Notes under the pieces: generated by a model
Told to the model about the DNA's origin: nothing
Databases searched by the model: none
What the model saw: the letters and a program-made list of their open reading frames with translations, nothing else
Shown here: one piece after another, positions 10,628 to 19,788 of the stretch
How positions within the stretch are numbered: position 1 is the first letter of the stretch
Layout: each line of letters starts with the position of its first letter
Virus record (IMG/VR): IMGVR_UViG_3300021142_000023
Span: 1 to 64,000 of that record
DNA length: 64,000 nucleotides
Reading direction: 5' to 3' (one strand)
DNA from: a virus
Position numbers and translations under genes: made by a program

Positions 10628-11601
10628 GTTAAGAATACATCCTTATACTGAGTAATTACTGACTTTGGGCTAAATTTCTCTGTAAACATGTCCCAGTTTT
10701 GACTACGTAAATGCTGTACATCCAGCCCCTTCATAATATTAACTAAACCATCATAATCATGATAAACTATAGCTTTACTACCTAAATGATCTAGGTGAGC
10801 TGTATCATATCCTGGATAATTTTTACCACTCCATGTTATAACAGGTTTATTGCAAGAAGAGAATTCTCCTACCGATAATCCGAACGTTTCTCCAATTTGT
10901 CTTGCATGTAACATACCATCGCATGCATGGATAAAATTAAAGATACCTTTTTCATTACCTACCCATGGAAAGAAAATCGCTCTTTCATGATTAATAAATT
11001 GATTTGTAGATAAAAACAAGAAATATACATCTTTTCTCGTGTTAAGTATAGTTTGTACGGCTTGTTTTACGAATGGTAAGTCAAAAGACTCTTTACCACC
11101 ATGCCTTCCAATAACTAAAGCATCTTTAGGTATATTTAACGCAGCTCTAATATCTTTAGTGGGTTCTATACCCTGTATAATATGAGGCACATATGCAGTA
11201 AGATTAAACTTACGAGCTAATGCATTAGATACTGCAGCAAATACGTTACCGTGAGGTTGTGAGCCGTCAAATATATAATGTGTACCTGTTTTACAGTTTT
11301 CCGGGTTAATGTTATCATTAGCACCAGATTTCATCATCTGTACAAAGTCTATTTTTTGTTCTGATACTATCTTCTCTATTTGACGTTTAACATCTATAGC
11401 AGGAGCTTTATTAGCATTACCGTTATATTGAAATACTTGAAACTCTTTCTGTATTCTCGGTAATCCCTCATTAGGATCGTCGTGAGTAGTAATATACACT
11501 ACTTCATGCCCGAGTATATCTCGAAGTGCTAAACCATAATCGTACGGAGTCTTACCAGTTCCTCTACCATCAAATTGATTTGAATGTATACCTATTTTCA
11601 T
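10624..11601 (-). CDS. Glycosyltransferase, GT4-like
   Basis: RGT N-terminal loop, GRHGG, CDGMLHARQIGETFGLSVGEF. Confidence 0.82.
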   Translation of the reverse strand: MKIGIHSNQFDGRGTGKTPYDYGLALRDILGHEVVYITTHDDPNEGLPRIQKEFQVFQYNGNANKAPAIDVKRQIEKIVSEQKIDFVQMMKSGANDNINPENCKTGTHYIFDGSQPHGNVFAAVSNALARKFNLTAYVPHIIQGIEPTKDIRAALNIPKDALVIGRHGGKESFDLPFVKQAVQTILNTRKDVYFLFLSTNQFINHERAIFFPWVGNEKGIFNFIHACDGMLHARQIGETFGLSVGEFSSCNKPVITWSGKNYPGYDTAHLDHLGSKAIVYHDYDGLVNIMKGLDVQHLRSQNWDMFTEKFSPKSVITQYKDVFLT

Positions 11602-11602
11602 A

Positions 11603-12655
11603 TTACATTTTAATAGCTCTACTATAAAGATCTACCACATAAGCTTTAGCTGCATCTTTATTTTTAATATCCATAAGTTCAATAAACTCTTCTATAGACT
11701 TTTCCACACTGATATTAAACTCTTTATTAGCAGCTTCTTCTATATTGACCTTACTCTGTTCAGTAACGTCATGTTCCATGGTAAACTCTACTGGTTTTAT
11801 AGCTACTAACTTACGTACTATAGTTTCTAGAGTAATAGGATCTACTACTTTGTCTACAATAAATTTAACTATATTACCTTCAATAGCAGCTTTAAGTGTT
11901 TCTGGTGTATAAACACTACTAGACAATTCTGTGTAACGTAAACGTCTGTATTGAGGAGAAATATTGTTTTCTATAAATTTATAGCTTAAATCTGCAAGAT
12001 CTAATATGTATAAACCTTTAGTAGTACCGAAATCGCCCCAATCTTCTTGATAAGGAGAACCTACATAAAGAATAGTACCGTCTTTATATTTGCGTTCTTC
12101 TCTATGATGAAAATGCCCGGTAATAGTTAAAGGTGCTCTATCAGTTAAATCTGATGATTTTAACCCGTTAGTACATACTTTAAATGAGTTCATTTTAAAG
12201 CTATTAATCTCAAAATGACCTACAATTAAATCACATTTAGGTACTTCATTAATATCTTGACCCCACGGACAGAAAGCTATTTTCTTTCCTTGGAACGTCT
12301 CGACGGTAAGAGTGTCAACAACAGTAATATTACTCCAGCCACGAAGAATGGATACGGAATTAACAGAAGAATTATCCCGGTAGTAAGCATCGTGATTACC
12401 CACGGTAATAATGATATTAAAATCACGCAATACATCAAAAATGTCAGTAACCACGTGAAGAGTATTAACAGCAATGTCATTACGATCATGAAATATGTCT
12501 CCAGGAATTATGATGTCTTGTATACCGTTCTTTTTGAACTGTTCAGCAGCCCACTTTGCATGGTCTAAGGCAATTTTGTGCCATGTAGCACTATTGCGAT
12601 GTACCCCGTAATGTGGATCTGAAAATATACCGACTTCTGTTCCTTTAATCTGCAT
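11603..12655 (-). CDS. gp47: Recombination endonuclease nuclease subunit (gp47, Mre11/SbcD-like)
   Basis: Metallophosphoesterase motifs SDPH, GDIFH, GNHD, GHFH, YVGSP. Confidence 0.95.
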   Translation of the reverse strand: MQIKGTEVGIFSDPHYGVHRNSATWHKIALDHAKWAAEQFKKNGIQDIIIPGDIFHDRNDIAVNTLHVVTDIFDVLRDFNIIITVGNHDAYYRDNSSVNSVSILRGWSNITVVDTLTVETFQGKKIAFCPWGQDINEVPKCDLIVGHFEINSFKMNSFKVCTNGLKSSDLTDRAPLTITGHFHHREERKYKDGTILYVGSPYQEDWGDFGTTKGLYILDLADLSYKFIENNISPQYRRLRYTELSSSVYTPETLKAAIEGNIVKFIVDKVVDPITLETIVRKLVAIKPVEFTMEHDVTEQSKVNIEEAANKEFNISVEKSIEEFIELMDIKNKDAAKAYVVDLYSRAIKM

Positions 12656-13181
12656 GTTTGTTTAATGGATTAACTGGATCATCAACACCTACATTAGGTC
12701 CAATGACACTATATACTTCTTCTTGATAAGCTGCTAATGTATCTCTCATACGTTTTTCTTTCTTAATACGAGAACGCCAGCAGTTAAAAGCTATAGAATT
12801 AAAATATGAAAACGGGTTAAAACCTTTGTCAAAGTTATACTTCTTATCTTTTAATGCATTAAACATATTAATAAGAGAGTCTCCGATAGCTTCTTCTTTA
12901 AATGTATAGTTAATAAAGTTAGATGCATGTGCTAACCCATAAGCAATATTGCGTATCATAATGGCGAGATTATCACTCATTACATTAGTTTCATAATACT
13001 TTCTAAGTTCAGCAGTAAACTCGGCCGGACTTACATAGTAAATCTTTTTAGCTTTGGCAGATTCACTTAAAGGTTTTTTAGGTTTATCTGCTTTAGCTAT
13101 TTTAGTAATTTTTACAGTTGACGGTACTTCAGGCGGTTTCTGTAATTGTTTTTTCGGTAATTTTGATTTTTTCAAGGTCAT
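12645..13181 (-). CDS. gp55: Late-transcription sigma factor (gp55); likely start at the ATG at 13181
   Basis: YYVS..EF, IAYGLA..NFINYTFKEE, NPFSYF..IAFN..RIKKEK. Confidence 0.9.
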   Translation of the reverse strand: MTLKKSKLPKKQLQKPPEVPSTVKITKIAKADKPKKPLSESAKAKKIYYVSPAEFTAELRKYYETNVMSDNLAIMIRNIAYGLAHASNFINYTFKEEAIGDSLINMFNALKDKKYNFDKGFNPFSYFNSIAFNCWRSRIKKEKRMRDTLAAYQEEVYSVIGPNVGVDDPVNPLNKHAD

Positions 13182-14583
13182 AAAATTCTTTTCGTTTGTC
13201 GTAGTGCTTAATACCATAAATTAAATCATCGACAATATCGACTAATGTCAATATGTCTTTGTTTTCGTGAACGCGTAATCCACGACCAATAGACTGTAGA
13301 GTTTTAATTTTTGATTTACCGCCTGCAGCAAACACTATATAATGTATGTTTTTTATAGAAATGCCAGTAGAAAAGATCTTACTAATGGCAATACATACAA
13401 CATTATTATGTTGTTCCATAATTTCCTGTACTCTGCGGCGTTCTTCCACCTCTACACTACCCTGTATGAAATATACTTGCTTATCCGTTAATGTGGATAG
13501 TTCTCTATAAAGATTATCTCCGTGAGCTATATGATCAATAAGAATAAGACAATTATTTTTAAAATTATGAGCTAGTTGTCTGATTACTTTGTTTCTAAAC
13601 TTGCTATTGTGTATGTAATCTAGTTCTAACAAATACCTCTGAGCTGAAGCAACCGCGGTATAGTCTGGTTTAAAATCATAATCGATTTTAATAGCTAAGC
13701 ATTGTGCATTAGCAATATACTCTCCACCAGCTGCTTCTCTTAACTCGGTAGTTGTTTTTTTAAATATAACCGGACCAATAAAGTTGTTAATATTCCATGT
13801 ATCAATGTTGTTTTCTGGTAACGTACCTGTAAAACCGATACGTCTTAATGTCGGTACCTTGTCAAGTAGTTTACAAACCTTATTACCTCTACGTAGTTTA
13901 TGGCACTCATCTACAACTAGTAAGCCTACTTTACTAAACCAGCTAATATCTGAGTTTTTACTCTGTAATATACCCATATTAGCAATAATAACCCGTGCAT
14001 TAGGGTCTAGCTCGGTATTACCTGTCCATTTACTCACTATTTCCATAGGAAAATTGTAAGAAGTAAAGTCTTTATGAGTTTGTGACACTAACCCTAAATC
14101 TGGAACAACTATTAGTATCTTTTCAGTAGGTTCAATTTGATGTAATGCAGCATATACTAAATTAGCTATAATTATTGTCTTACCACCACCGGTCGCTAGT
14201 TCCACTACCCCGTAACCATTGTCTAACGCTTTACTAACTGCTGTTTCTTGATAATCTCTAAGCTTAAATTCACTATTTAAAGTTTTAAATCTATCAGGAT
14301 CCAGTATATGAGTCTTTTGTACAATGTCTTTATACTCCTGATTAACCTTAATTTCAAAAGGTATATTCTGATTGTTTAAAAACTCTATAATACCTGGTAC
14401 TAACCCGACCCCACAGTACCCGGCTGGGGTAATAGCATAAATGCGTTGAGGCATGAACCGTTGAAAGCGATTAAAACGAGCAGCTGGACTCTTAACACTA
14501 AAGTGCTCTTTAATATTAGGAAGGTAATCTGAAACGATTCTTACTTCCTTACGCTTCGGGTCATATTGGAACTCAACTACCAT
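13129..14583 (-). CDS. uvsW: SF2 helicase UvsW
   Basis: LRDYQ, ATGGGKT, DECH, TGT, QSIGRGLR; adjacent to uvsY. Confidence 0.93.
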   Translation of the reverse strand: MVVEFQYDPKRKEVRIVSDYLPNIKEHFSVKSPAARFNRFQRFMPQRIYAITPAGYCGVGLVPGIIEFLNNQNIPFEIKVNQEYKDIVQKTHILDPDRFKTLNSEFKLRDYQETAVSKALDNGYGVVELATGGGKTIIIANLVYAALHQIEPTEKILIVVPDLGLVSQTHKDFTSYNFPMEIVSKWTGNTELDPNARVIIANMGILQSKNSDISWFSKVGLLVVDECHKLRRGNKVCKLLDKVPTLRRIGFTGTLPENNIDTWNINNFIGPVIFKKTTTELREAAGGEYIANAQCLAIKIDYDFKPDYTAVASAQRYLLELDYIHNSKFRNKVIRQLAHNFKNNCLILIDHIAHGDNLYRELSTLTDKQVYFIQGSVEVEERRRVQEIMEQHNNVVCIAISKIFSTGISIKNIHYIVFAAGGKSKIKTLQSIGRGLRVHENKDILTLVDIVDDLIYGIKHYDKRKEFYDLEKIKITEKTITETA

Positions 14584-14984
14584 TATGTTGTTTCAAGTTT
14601 TTGTAGGTCTATTACGTTTTTGTAGTCGTACGTTAACGAACCGGTTAGTTTTTCTATTTTTTCAAGATACTCTAAGATTACTTTTACTTGATCAATACAA
14701 GCATTAATTGATGTGACTTCATCGTCGTTGTATACAATTTCGTCCTTAGCTACTTTAGATAGAGCAACAGGAGAGTTGACTATCTTTGCTTTTATCTTTT
14801 GTTTCTTAGTATGTTCTAGCTTTAAAAGCGTACTTTTGTATTGAGTGGTTCTTGCAACCCATTTATGTTTAGTGGTAGGTGCAAGCATGGCTTTTTCCTT
14901 GATAGTGAGTTCATCCATTTTAATATCACTAACAAGTTCAGCCTGAAAGTTACTAATAATTTTATCTACATCTAGTAAGTCCAT
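14583..14984 (-). CDS. uvsY: Recombination mediator UvsY
   Basis: 133 aa helical protein directly upstream of uvsW; C-terminus YDYKNVIDLQKLE is UvsY-like. Confidence 0.75.
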   Translation of the reverse strand: MDLLDVDKIISNFQAELVSDIKMDELTIKEKAMLAPTTKHKWVARTTQYKSTLLKLEHTKKQKIKAKIVNSPVALSKVAKDEIVYNDDEVTSINACIDQVKVILEYLEKIEKLTGSLTYDYKNVIDLQKLETT

Positions 14985-14995
14985 AAGTCTTACTA

Positions 14996-15023
14996 AGTAT
15001 ATAGTATAAATTTAATAAATCTA
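14996..15023 (-). promoter_or_regulatory. Promoter TAGATT-N16-TATACT heading uvsY-uvsW-gp55-gp47-GT cluster
   Basis: Read directly; recurrent motif. Confidence 0.55.
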
Positions 15024-15024
15024 C

Positions 15025-15273
15025 GTGAAAAACTTTAATATTTTGTATACTAAGCTTTTAGAAGACATGACAACTGGTAGCACTTTTGGTGCAGGTCAAG
15101 CTCATGCCCCTGTAACTGGACAATCAAGCGATTTTTACGCCCCAGGAGATGCAAGAAACATATGGGGTAGTGCTAACAGTAAGAAACCTAAGAAAAATAA
15201 AAAGAAAAAGATGAATGGCGAGGCTCAGCCGTTGCTTCCGTTACAACGTAGAACATTTCCAAAAGGGATGTAA
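15025..15273 (+). CDS. Small putative internal head protein
   Basis: N-terminus MKNFNILYTKLLE resembles a T4 capsid-targeting and gp21 cleavage signal. Confidence 0.55.
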   Translation: MKNFNILYTKLLEDMTTGSTFGAGQAHAPVTGQSSDFYAPGDARNIWGSANSKKPKKNKKKKMNGEAQPLLPLQRRTFPKGM

Positions 15274-15282
15274 GTAGGGTGC

Positions 15283-15774
15283 ATGGACTTAGGTCACTGG
15301 ACAACAAATGAAGCTTTCAACAACAATATTTTGCCTTACGGTTTTATTTATCGTATTACAAACATGGTCAGTGGTAAGGTCTATTTCGGTAAAAAGCAGA
15401 TTAAAAGCGTTAAAAAGCTTAAACCTCTCAAAGGAAGAAAAAACAAAAGACATTTCGACATAGAAACAGATTGGAAGACATACACGTCATCTTCTAATGA
15501 TGTCAACAAAGATATTGAAACGCTCGGTAAAGATAAGTTTGCGTTTGAAATATTAAAGTTTTGCGATAGTAAGTTTGAACTGGCATATTATGAAGCTAAA
15601 ATACAGTTTGATCACGATGTATTGCTTAAAGAAGGTTATTACAACGGCATTATAAACTGTCGCATTGGAAGAGCTCCAGACGCTTTGTTAAAAAAGCTTG
15701 CATTAGAGAGTAAAAACAGTACAATAACTAATAATGCAGCTCAAAGAACTCAAATACAATCTTTATCTAGCTGA
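15283..15774 (+). CDS. GIY-YIG endonuclease of the conserved T4-like type
   Basis: YGFIYRITN..KVYFGKK, DWKTY.SS, EILKFC, YYNG. Confidence 0.85.
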   Translation: MDLGHWTTNEAFNNNILPYGFIYRITNMVSGKVYFGKKQIKSVKKLKPLKGRKNKRHFDIETDWKTYTSSSNDVNKDIETLGKDKFAFEILKFCDSKFELAYYEAKIQFDHDVLLKEGYYNGIINCRIGRAPDALLKKLALESKNSTITNNAAQRTQIQSLSS

Positions 15775-16216
15775 TTTCAATCAGATTGAATCAGAAGCTC
15801 AAACATTGTTTAAAGCTGAATTATTAAAATATAATATTATAACGTATGATAGTTTACCCAAACAAGACTATCTTAAACTTGTACACTATTTTACGTTATC
15901 TACATTATTAAAAGAATATTCCAAACTAGAGCATAAGAAGAACACTATATTTTGGATAAATAAAAATACTTGCAATACGGATATTTTAAACTTTACGAAA
16001 GAAGTTAGGAAGTGTTTCCCAATACTACTTTATATTACCGATAAACCATATAATACTGCATTAGTAGACAAAAATACTGCGGAATACACAGAAGTAACTA
16101 CCGAGCTCAAGGAGTTTCGCTATTCCATCGATTATAGCAAGTATAGTTTTAATAAAATTAAACGGTTTTGCACAAAATTCGGGCTGGAAGCACTAACAGC
16201 CACATTTAAGCCATGA
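15734..16216 (+). CDS. Hypothetical protein
   Basis: 160 aa ORF in operon orientation; no motif recognised. Confidence 0.6.
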   Translation: MQLKELKYNLYLADFNQIESEAQTLFKAELLKYNIITYDSLPKQDYLKLVHYFTLSTLLKEYSKLEHKKNTIFWINKNTCNTDILNFTKEVRKCFPILLYITDKPYNTALVDKNTAEYTEVTTELKEFRYSIDYSKYSFNKIKRFCTKFGLEALTATFKP

Positions 16217-16224
16217 GCGGATTT

Positions 16225-16251
16225 CTCACTATATATTAAATATATAGTGAG
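16225..16251. repeat. Inverted repeat CTCACTATATATT-A-AATATATAGTGAG in a non-coding region
   Basis: Perfect 13 bp arms, read directly. Confidence 0.85.
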
Positions 16252-16370
16252 CGCAGCGAACTGTGTAAAAGGTCTGCAAGACGAGACGAAGGAGCTCTGC
16301 TCCTGAGTCCACAAACATTAACATATAATTTCTATTGTATGTGGTATACTCCTTAAACCGACGACACTTT

Positions 16371-16398
16371 ATATTACTTTATTGCCAAATAAAATCAA
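16371..16398 (-). promoter_or_regulatory. Promoter TTGATT-N16-TAATAT pointing into a region with no credible ORF
   Basis: Matches the recurrent N16 promoter; no credible downstream CDS. Confidence 0.5.
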
Positions 16399-16433
16399 GT
16401 GCAAATATGCAAAAAAGTCGTAAATATATTGAA

Positions 16434-16730
16434 ATGAAGCCAAAAAGTAAGTTTTTAACATTATTAAATCAGATCTCTGAAGATGTAAACCCTCAAGATC
16501 TTGCTCAAGGTGTTGCACAAGGGGTAAGCGGTATTAATACAGCTAAGACCAACTATGACACGCAACTTTACGGAGCATTAATGGCGCACCCTGATGGTCC
16601 TGACGCTTTAAAAGATCCTACTAAGCTTCAAACTTTACTGCAGAAGATTGCACAAGCTGGCACAGCTGCTGGTGGTGTAAGTGGTACTTCTGGTGTTAGT
16701 GTTCCTTCAGGCGTAACACCTGCTACATAA
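16434..16730 (+). CDS. Putative internal head protein; start revised to 16434
   Basis: TAAATA 7 nt before the ATG; N-terminus MKPKSKFLTLLNQISE. Confidence 0.55.
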   Translation: MKPKSKFLTLLNQISEDVNPQDLAQGVAQGVSGINTAKTNYDTQLYGALMAHPDGPDALKDPTKLQTLLQKIAQAGTAAGGVSGTSGVSVPSGVTPAT

Positions 16731-16731
16731 T

Positions 16732-17091
16732 ATGAAAAAATTTGATAAAATAGCAGAGGGTATATTTCGTAAACTTTTAGAAGCAGATGTAGCACCTGCA
16801 CCTGCTACAGCTCAACCTCAAGCACCTGCTGCTGGGTTACCTCAAGACGGTGGTCCTGTTCAAGCTGCACCAGGCAACGACACTGCTGCAGATCGTTCTC
16901 CTACTGAAATTAAGAACTGGGAAACCGAATTATTAGATATAGCTAAAGATGCTATTATGAATGTTCGTAATAACCCAAACTCGGTAGATGAAAACGATGT
17001 TAAAGTATTAACCATGCCTGTCACCATGGAAAATAAAGATAAACCAGGTGGTATTATGGACGTACTTAACAAACTAGCGGGTAAAGCTTAA
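16732..17091 (+). CDS. Putative internal head protein
   Basis: MKKFDKIAEGIFRKLLE followed by an Ala/Pro linker. Confidence 0.6.
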   Translation: MKKFDKIAEGIFRKLLEADVAPAPATAQPQAPAAGLPQDGGPVQAAPGNDTAADRSPTEIKNWETELLDIAKDAIMNVRNNPNSVDENDVKVLTMPVTMENKDKPGGIMDVLNKLAGKA

Positions 17092-17675
17092 TTTAAGTAT
17101 CTGTTAGCAAAAGCTTGGTTACGGCCTGTTAGTTCTTTGCCATTGACATGGCGTATGTACTGTGCTTTTACTTCATTATCATTACCTGTTACAACCCCGT
17201 CTAGAAACTTTGGGAACTTTGCTAACACACCGTTAAAAGCGAAATCAGTTAACATCTCTTTTTTAGTATTATCAAGACGCTCCCAAGCACCTTGACCGAA
17301 TCTGAAATTAGTAATCTGTTTCGCTCTGTCTGCTGCAGCTGTAATATCTTTCTTTAGTAGTTCTGTTGCTTGAGCATCGGTTATACCACGTGAATAGTTA
17401 TCTCCTGGGTGAAGTTTATGACCATATGCAATAGTATCTGTACCACCCTCTACACTTTTATGAGGATGCCACATACCGTGTTTAAAACCTGCTTTAACTC
17501 CGTTCTCTACGCTTTTAATGTAGTTGATAAAATCTGGAGTTAGTTGAAACTGACTATTGTGATACTGCTGGTAAGATACCATAGCAGGTGGTTGTTGCAC
17601 GTTAAAACGGATTGGTGGGGGAGGGGGTAAATCCACAGCTTCTTTAATATTTATAATATTTTTACGTGCAGCCAT
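17088..17675 (-). CDS. Lysozyme-like muramidase with Pro-rich N-terminus; start revised to 17675
   Basis: IKSVENG, DTIAYGHKL, ITDAQATELLKKD, MLTDFAFN..FPKF, final R; TAAATA 5 nt before the ATG. Confidence 0.75.
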   Translation of the reverse strand: MAARKNIINIKEAVDLPPPPPIRFNVQQPPAMVSYQQYHNSQFQLTPDFINYIKSVENGVKAGFKHGMWHPHKSVEGGTDTIAYGHKLHPGDNYSRGITDAQATELLKKDITAAADRAKQITNFRFGQGAWERLDNTKKEMLTDFAFNGVLAKFPKFLDGVVTGNDNEVKAQYIRHVNGKELTGRNQAFANRYLN

Positions 17676-17691
17676 ATTATTATTTACAAAG

Positions 17692-18060
17692 ATGGTAAAT
17701 ATTTGCGTGGTATTAAAATACAAAAACAAATGTTATAACAGCGATGATGTTCCATTATTTTTGTATTTTAAATCTGTTAAAAACAAAGAAGAGTTTATCG
17801 ATTTGTTAGCAAATTACGATATTGTCAATGAATATGTGTTAGTTAACTGTGTAGATATAGCTTTAGCTGGTAATACTGTAGTAAAAGGTAAAAGAGCAAA
17901 ACTTTATATTAATATACCAAGTAAGGAAGAAAAAAGAGAAATACAAAGATATTTGTTTGATTCAAACGATGAAAGTAATGCGGTTATTTCAACCCCACCA
18001 GATATAAAACCATCAATCCTGGAAAAGTGGATTGGCAAGCACACAAAAGATTTAATTTAG
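17692..18060 (+). CDS. Hypothetical protein
   Basis: 122 aa ORF; start uncertain. Confidence 0.55.
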   Translation: MVNICVVLKYKNKCYNSDDVPLFLYFKSVKNKEEFIDLLANYDIVNEYVLVNCVDIALAGNTVVKGKRAKLYINIPSKEEKREIQRYLFDSNDESNAVISTPPDIKPSILEKWIGKHTKDLI

Positions 18061-18061
18061 C

Positions 18062-18089
18062 TTGAGTTTTTTATTTTATACCATACTAT
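18062..18089 (+). promoter_or_regulatory. Promoter TTGAGT-N16-TACTAT, 5 nt before the queD ATG
   Basis: Read directly; recurrent motif. Confidence 0.55.
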
Positions 18090-18094
18090 AAGGT

Positions 18095-18535
18095 ATGGGT
18101 AAATTTACATCAACTAAAGTCATACCGCTAGGTAGCGCAGCCTTTCGTCAACCCTACGCGAAAAGTCACTGCAAACTTGTTCATGGGTATCGTTTATCAG
18201 CTAAGTTCTGGTTTACATGCGAGCATCTCGATAATAATAATTGGGTAGTAGATTTCGGTTCTCTTAAAGACCTTAAAATACGCCTCGAAGAGCTCTTCGA
18301 TCATAAAACCGTTGTATGGGCTAAAGATCCTGAAATCGATACGTTTAAAGACTTAGAGAAGCGTAGAATGATTGATCTAGTAGTACTTGAAGATGGTGTT
18401 GGTATTGAGCGTTTTGCTGAATTGTGTCACAACTTAGCTAATGAGTACGTTGATGACCTTACTGATGGTCGTTGCTGGTGTACTCGAGTAGAAGTCTGGG
18501 AACATGAAGGTAATAGTGCAATTTACGAAGTTTAA
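18095..18535 (+). CDS. queD: 6-carboxytetrahydropterin synthase
   Basis: HCKLVHGY, VVDFG, FDH, VEVWE..NSA; adjacent to queE. Confidence 0.92.
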   Translation: MGKFTSTKVIPLGSAAFRQPYAKSHCKLVHGYRLSAKFWFTCEHLDNNNWVVDFGSLKDLKIRLEELFDHKTVVWAKDPEIDTFKDLEKRRMIDLVVLEDGVGIERFAELCHNLANEYVDDLTDGRCWCTRVEVWEHEGNSAIYEV

Positions 18536-18549
18536 TATATAATAGTTTT

Positions 18550-19356
18550 ATGTCTAATATTGATCCTAATACAACTTTATTCATTTCAGATGATTTTGTG
18601 TTCTACACATTAGAAGGCGAAGGCCGTTATATCGGTTACCCTTCAGTGTTTATGAGAATGGCTATGTGTAACTTAACCTGTATTGGTTTTAAGAGCGAAG
18701 ACTCACCAAACGGTTGTGATAGTTATGTTAGCTGGTCTAAGAAGAATAAAATGACGTTTGAGGAAGTGGCTCAGTTGTTTGAGAAGAATGACTACCACGA
18801 GCGTCTAAAAGAAGGTGCATTACTTAAGTTAACTGGTGGAGAGCCTTTTATTCAGCAGAAGAACTTATTACTATTTGTTAAGTTTATTAGAGATCGTTGG
18901 GGTTTTGCTAACTATAGCAGAACTCTTACTACTGATGATATTGGTAAACCTAGATTGCATATCGACTTTGAAACTAACGGTACCATTATGCCGGGTGAAG
19001 AATGGTCTCGTCTAGGTGTACACGTAACATACACTACTTCACCTAAACTATCTAGTAACGGAGATCCTGCTGATAAACGTTATAAACCAGAAGTATTACG
19101 TTATTTGGCTATACATGATGCTTGTTTTAAGTTTGTAGCTAAACAAGAGTCAGACCTGAATGAAGTATTAGAAAACTATCTTAATAACCCTGAAGTAGCT
19201 GTACGTTCAGATCAAGTATGGATTATGCCTTGCTGTGGTAGCCGTAAAGAACTACTAGAAGTTGGGCCTGCTGTGGCTGAACTATGTAAGAAATATAATT
19301 TTAAGTTCTCGAACAGAATGCACTTGCAAGTTTGGGACAAAGCCCTTAAAGTATAA
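18550..19356 (+). CDS. queE: 7-carboxy-7-deazaguanine synthase (radical SAM)
   Basis: TLEGEG..G.PSVFMR..CNLTC..CDS, TGGEP, ETNGT, SPKL, RMHLQVW. Confidence 0.95.
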   Translation: MSNIDPNTTLFISDDFVFYTLEGEGRYIGYPSVFMRMAMCNLTCIGFKSEDSPNGCDSYVSWSKKNKMTFEEVAQLFEKNDYHERLKEGALLKLTGGEPFIQQKNLLLFVKFIRDRWGFANYSRTLTTDDIGKPRLHIDFETNGTIMPGEEWSRLGVHVTYTTSPKLSSNGDPADKRYKPEVLRYLAIHDACFKFVAKQESDLNEVLENYLNNPEVAVRSDQVWIMPCCGSRKELLEVGPAVAELCKKYNFKFSNRMHLQVWDKALKV

Positions 19357-19359
19357 TAT

Positions 19360-19521
19360 ATGAACGATATTCCTGATCCTAAAAAACATAAAAATATTAG
19401 CATTATTAAAAGCATTATCCGCATTATTGCGGGTACATGCCTTTGCTTCGGTGCCTTCTGGGTTACTGGTATATTGCTAATCGTAGCAGAAATACTCGGT
19501 ATTGTTGAAGAAATGGTATAA
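19360..19521 (+). CDS. Small membrane protein, 53 aa (not in the ORF track)
   Basis: MNDIPDPKKH..SIIRIIAG..ILLIVAEILGIVEEMV; fills the gap between queE and the next gene. Confidence 0.7.
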   Translation: MNDIPDPKKHKNISIIKSIIRIIAGTCLCFGAFWVTGILLIVAEILGIVEEMV

Positions 19522-19524
19522 CAT

Positions 19525-19788
19525 ATGAAACAAGAAATAAAATTCACATATACGTTAGAGCATACTAATGACTATATTAACGTCGGTACACCTCGTAAAG
19601 TTGAAATCACTTTTGATGGTCAAGCAAGCTTAGAAGAACTATCAGAAGAGTTTAATGCTTTTGTTAAAGCTATAGGTTACAACCCGCCCGACAATTGCGT
19701 TCTTGATTGGGTAGACGTGGAAACCGGTCAACCACCTGAAGATGATGAGGTTGCCAATATCAGTATAAAGCGTAAATTTAAAAAATGA
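19525..19788 (+). CDS. Hypothetical protein
   Basis: 87 aa ORF; ATGA overlap with the downstream kinase. Confidence 0.65.
   Translation: MKQEIKFTYTLEHTNDYINVGTPRKVEITFDGQASLEELSEEFNAFVKAIGYNPPDNCVLDWVDVETGQPPEDDEVANISIKRKFKK

Noticed and set aside
16217-16400. Possible tRNA or CRISPR mini-array in the structured intergenic region
   Set aside because: No cloverleaf or T-loop motif and no repeat-spacer periodicity
16335-16433. Longer ORF-track starts (16335, also 13217, 17729, 21560, 24206, 50402, 51983)
   Set aside because: Downstream starts fit promoter position or protein motifs better (Ntn Cys, lipobox, leader)
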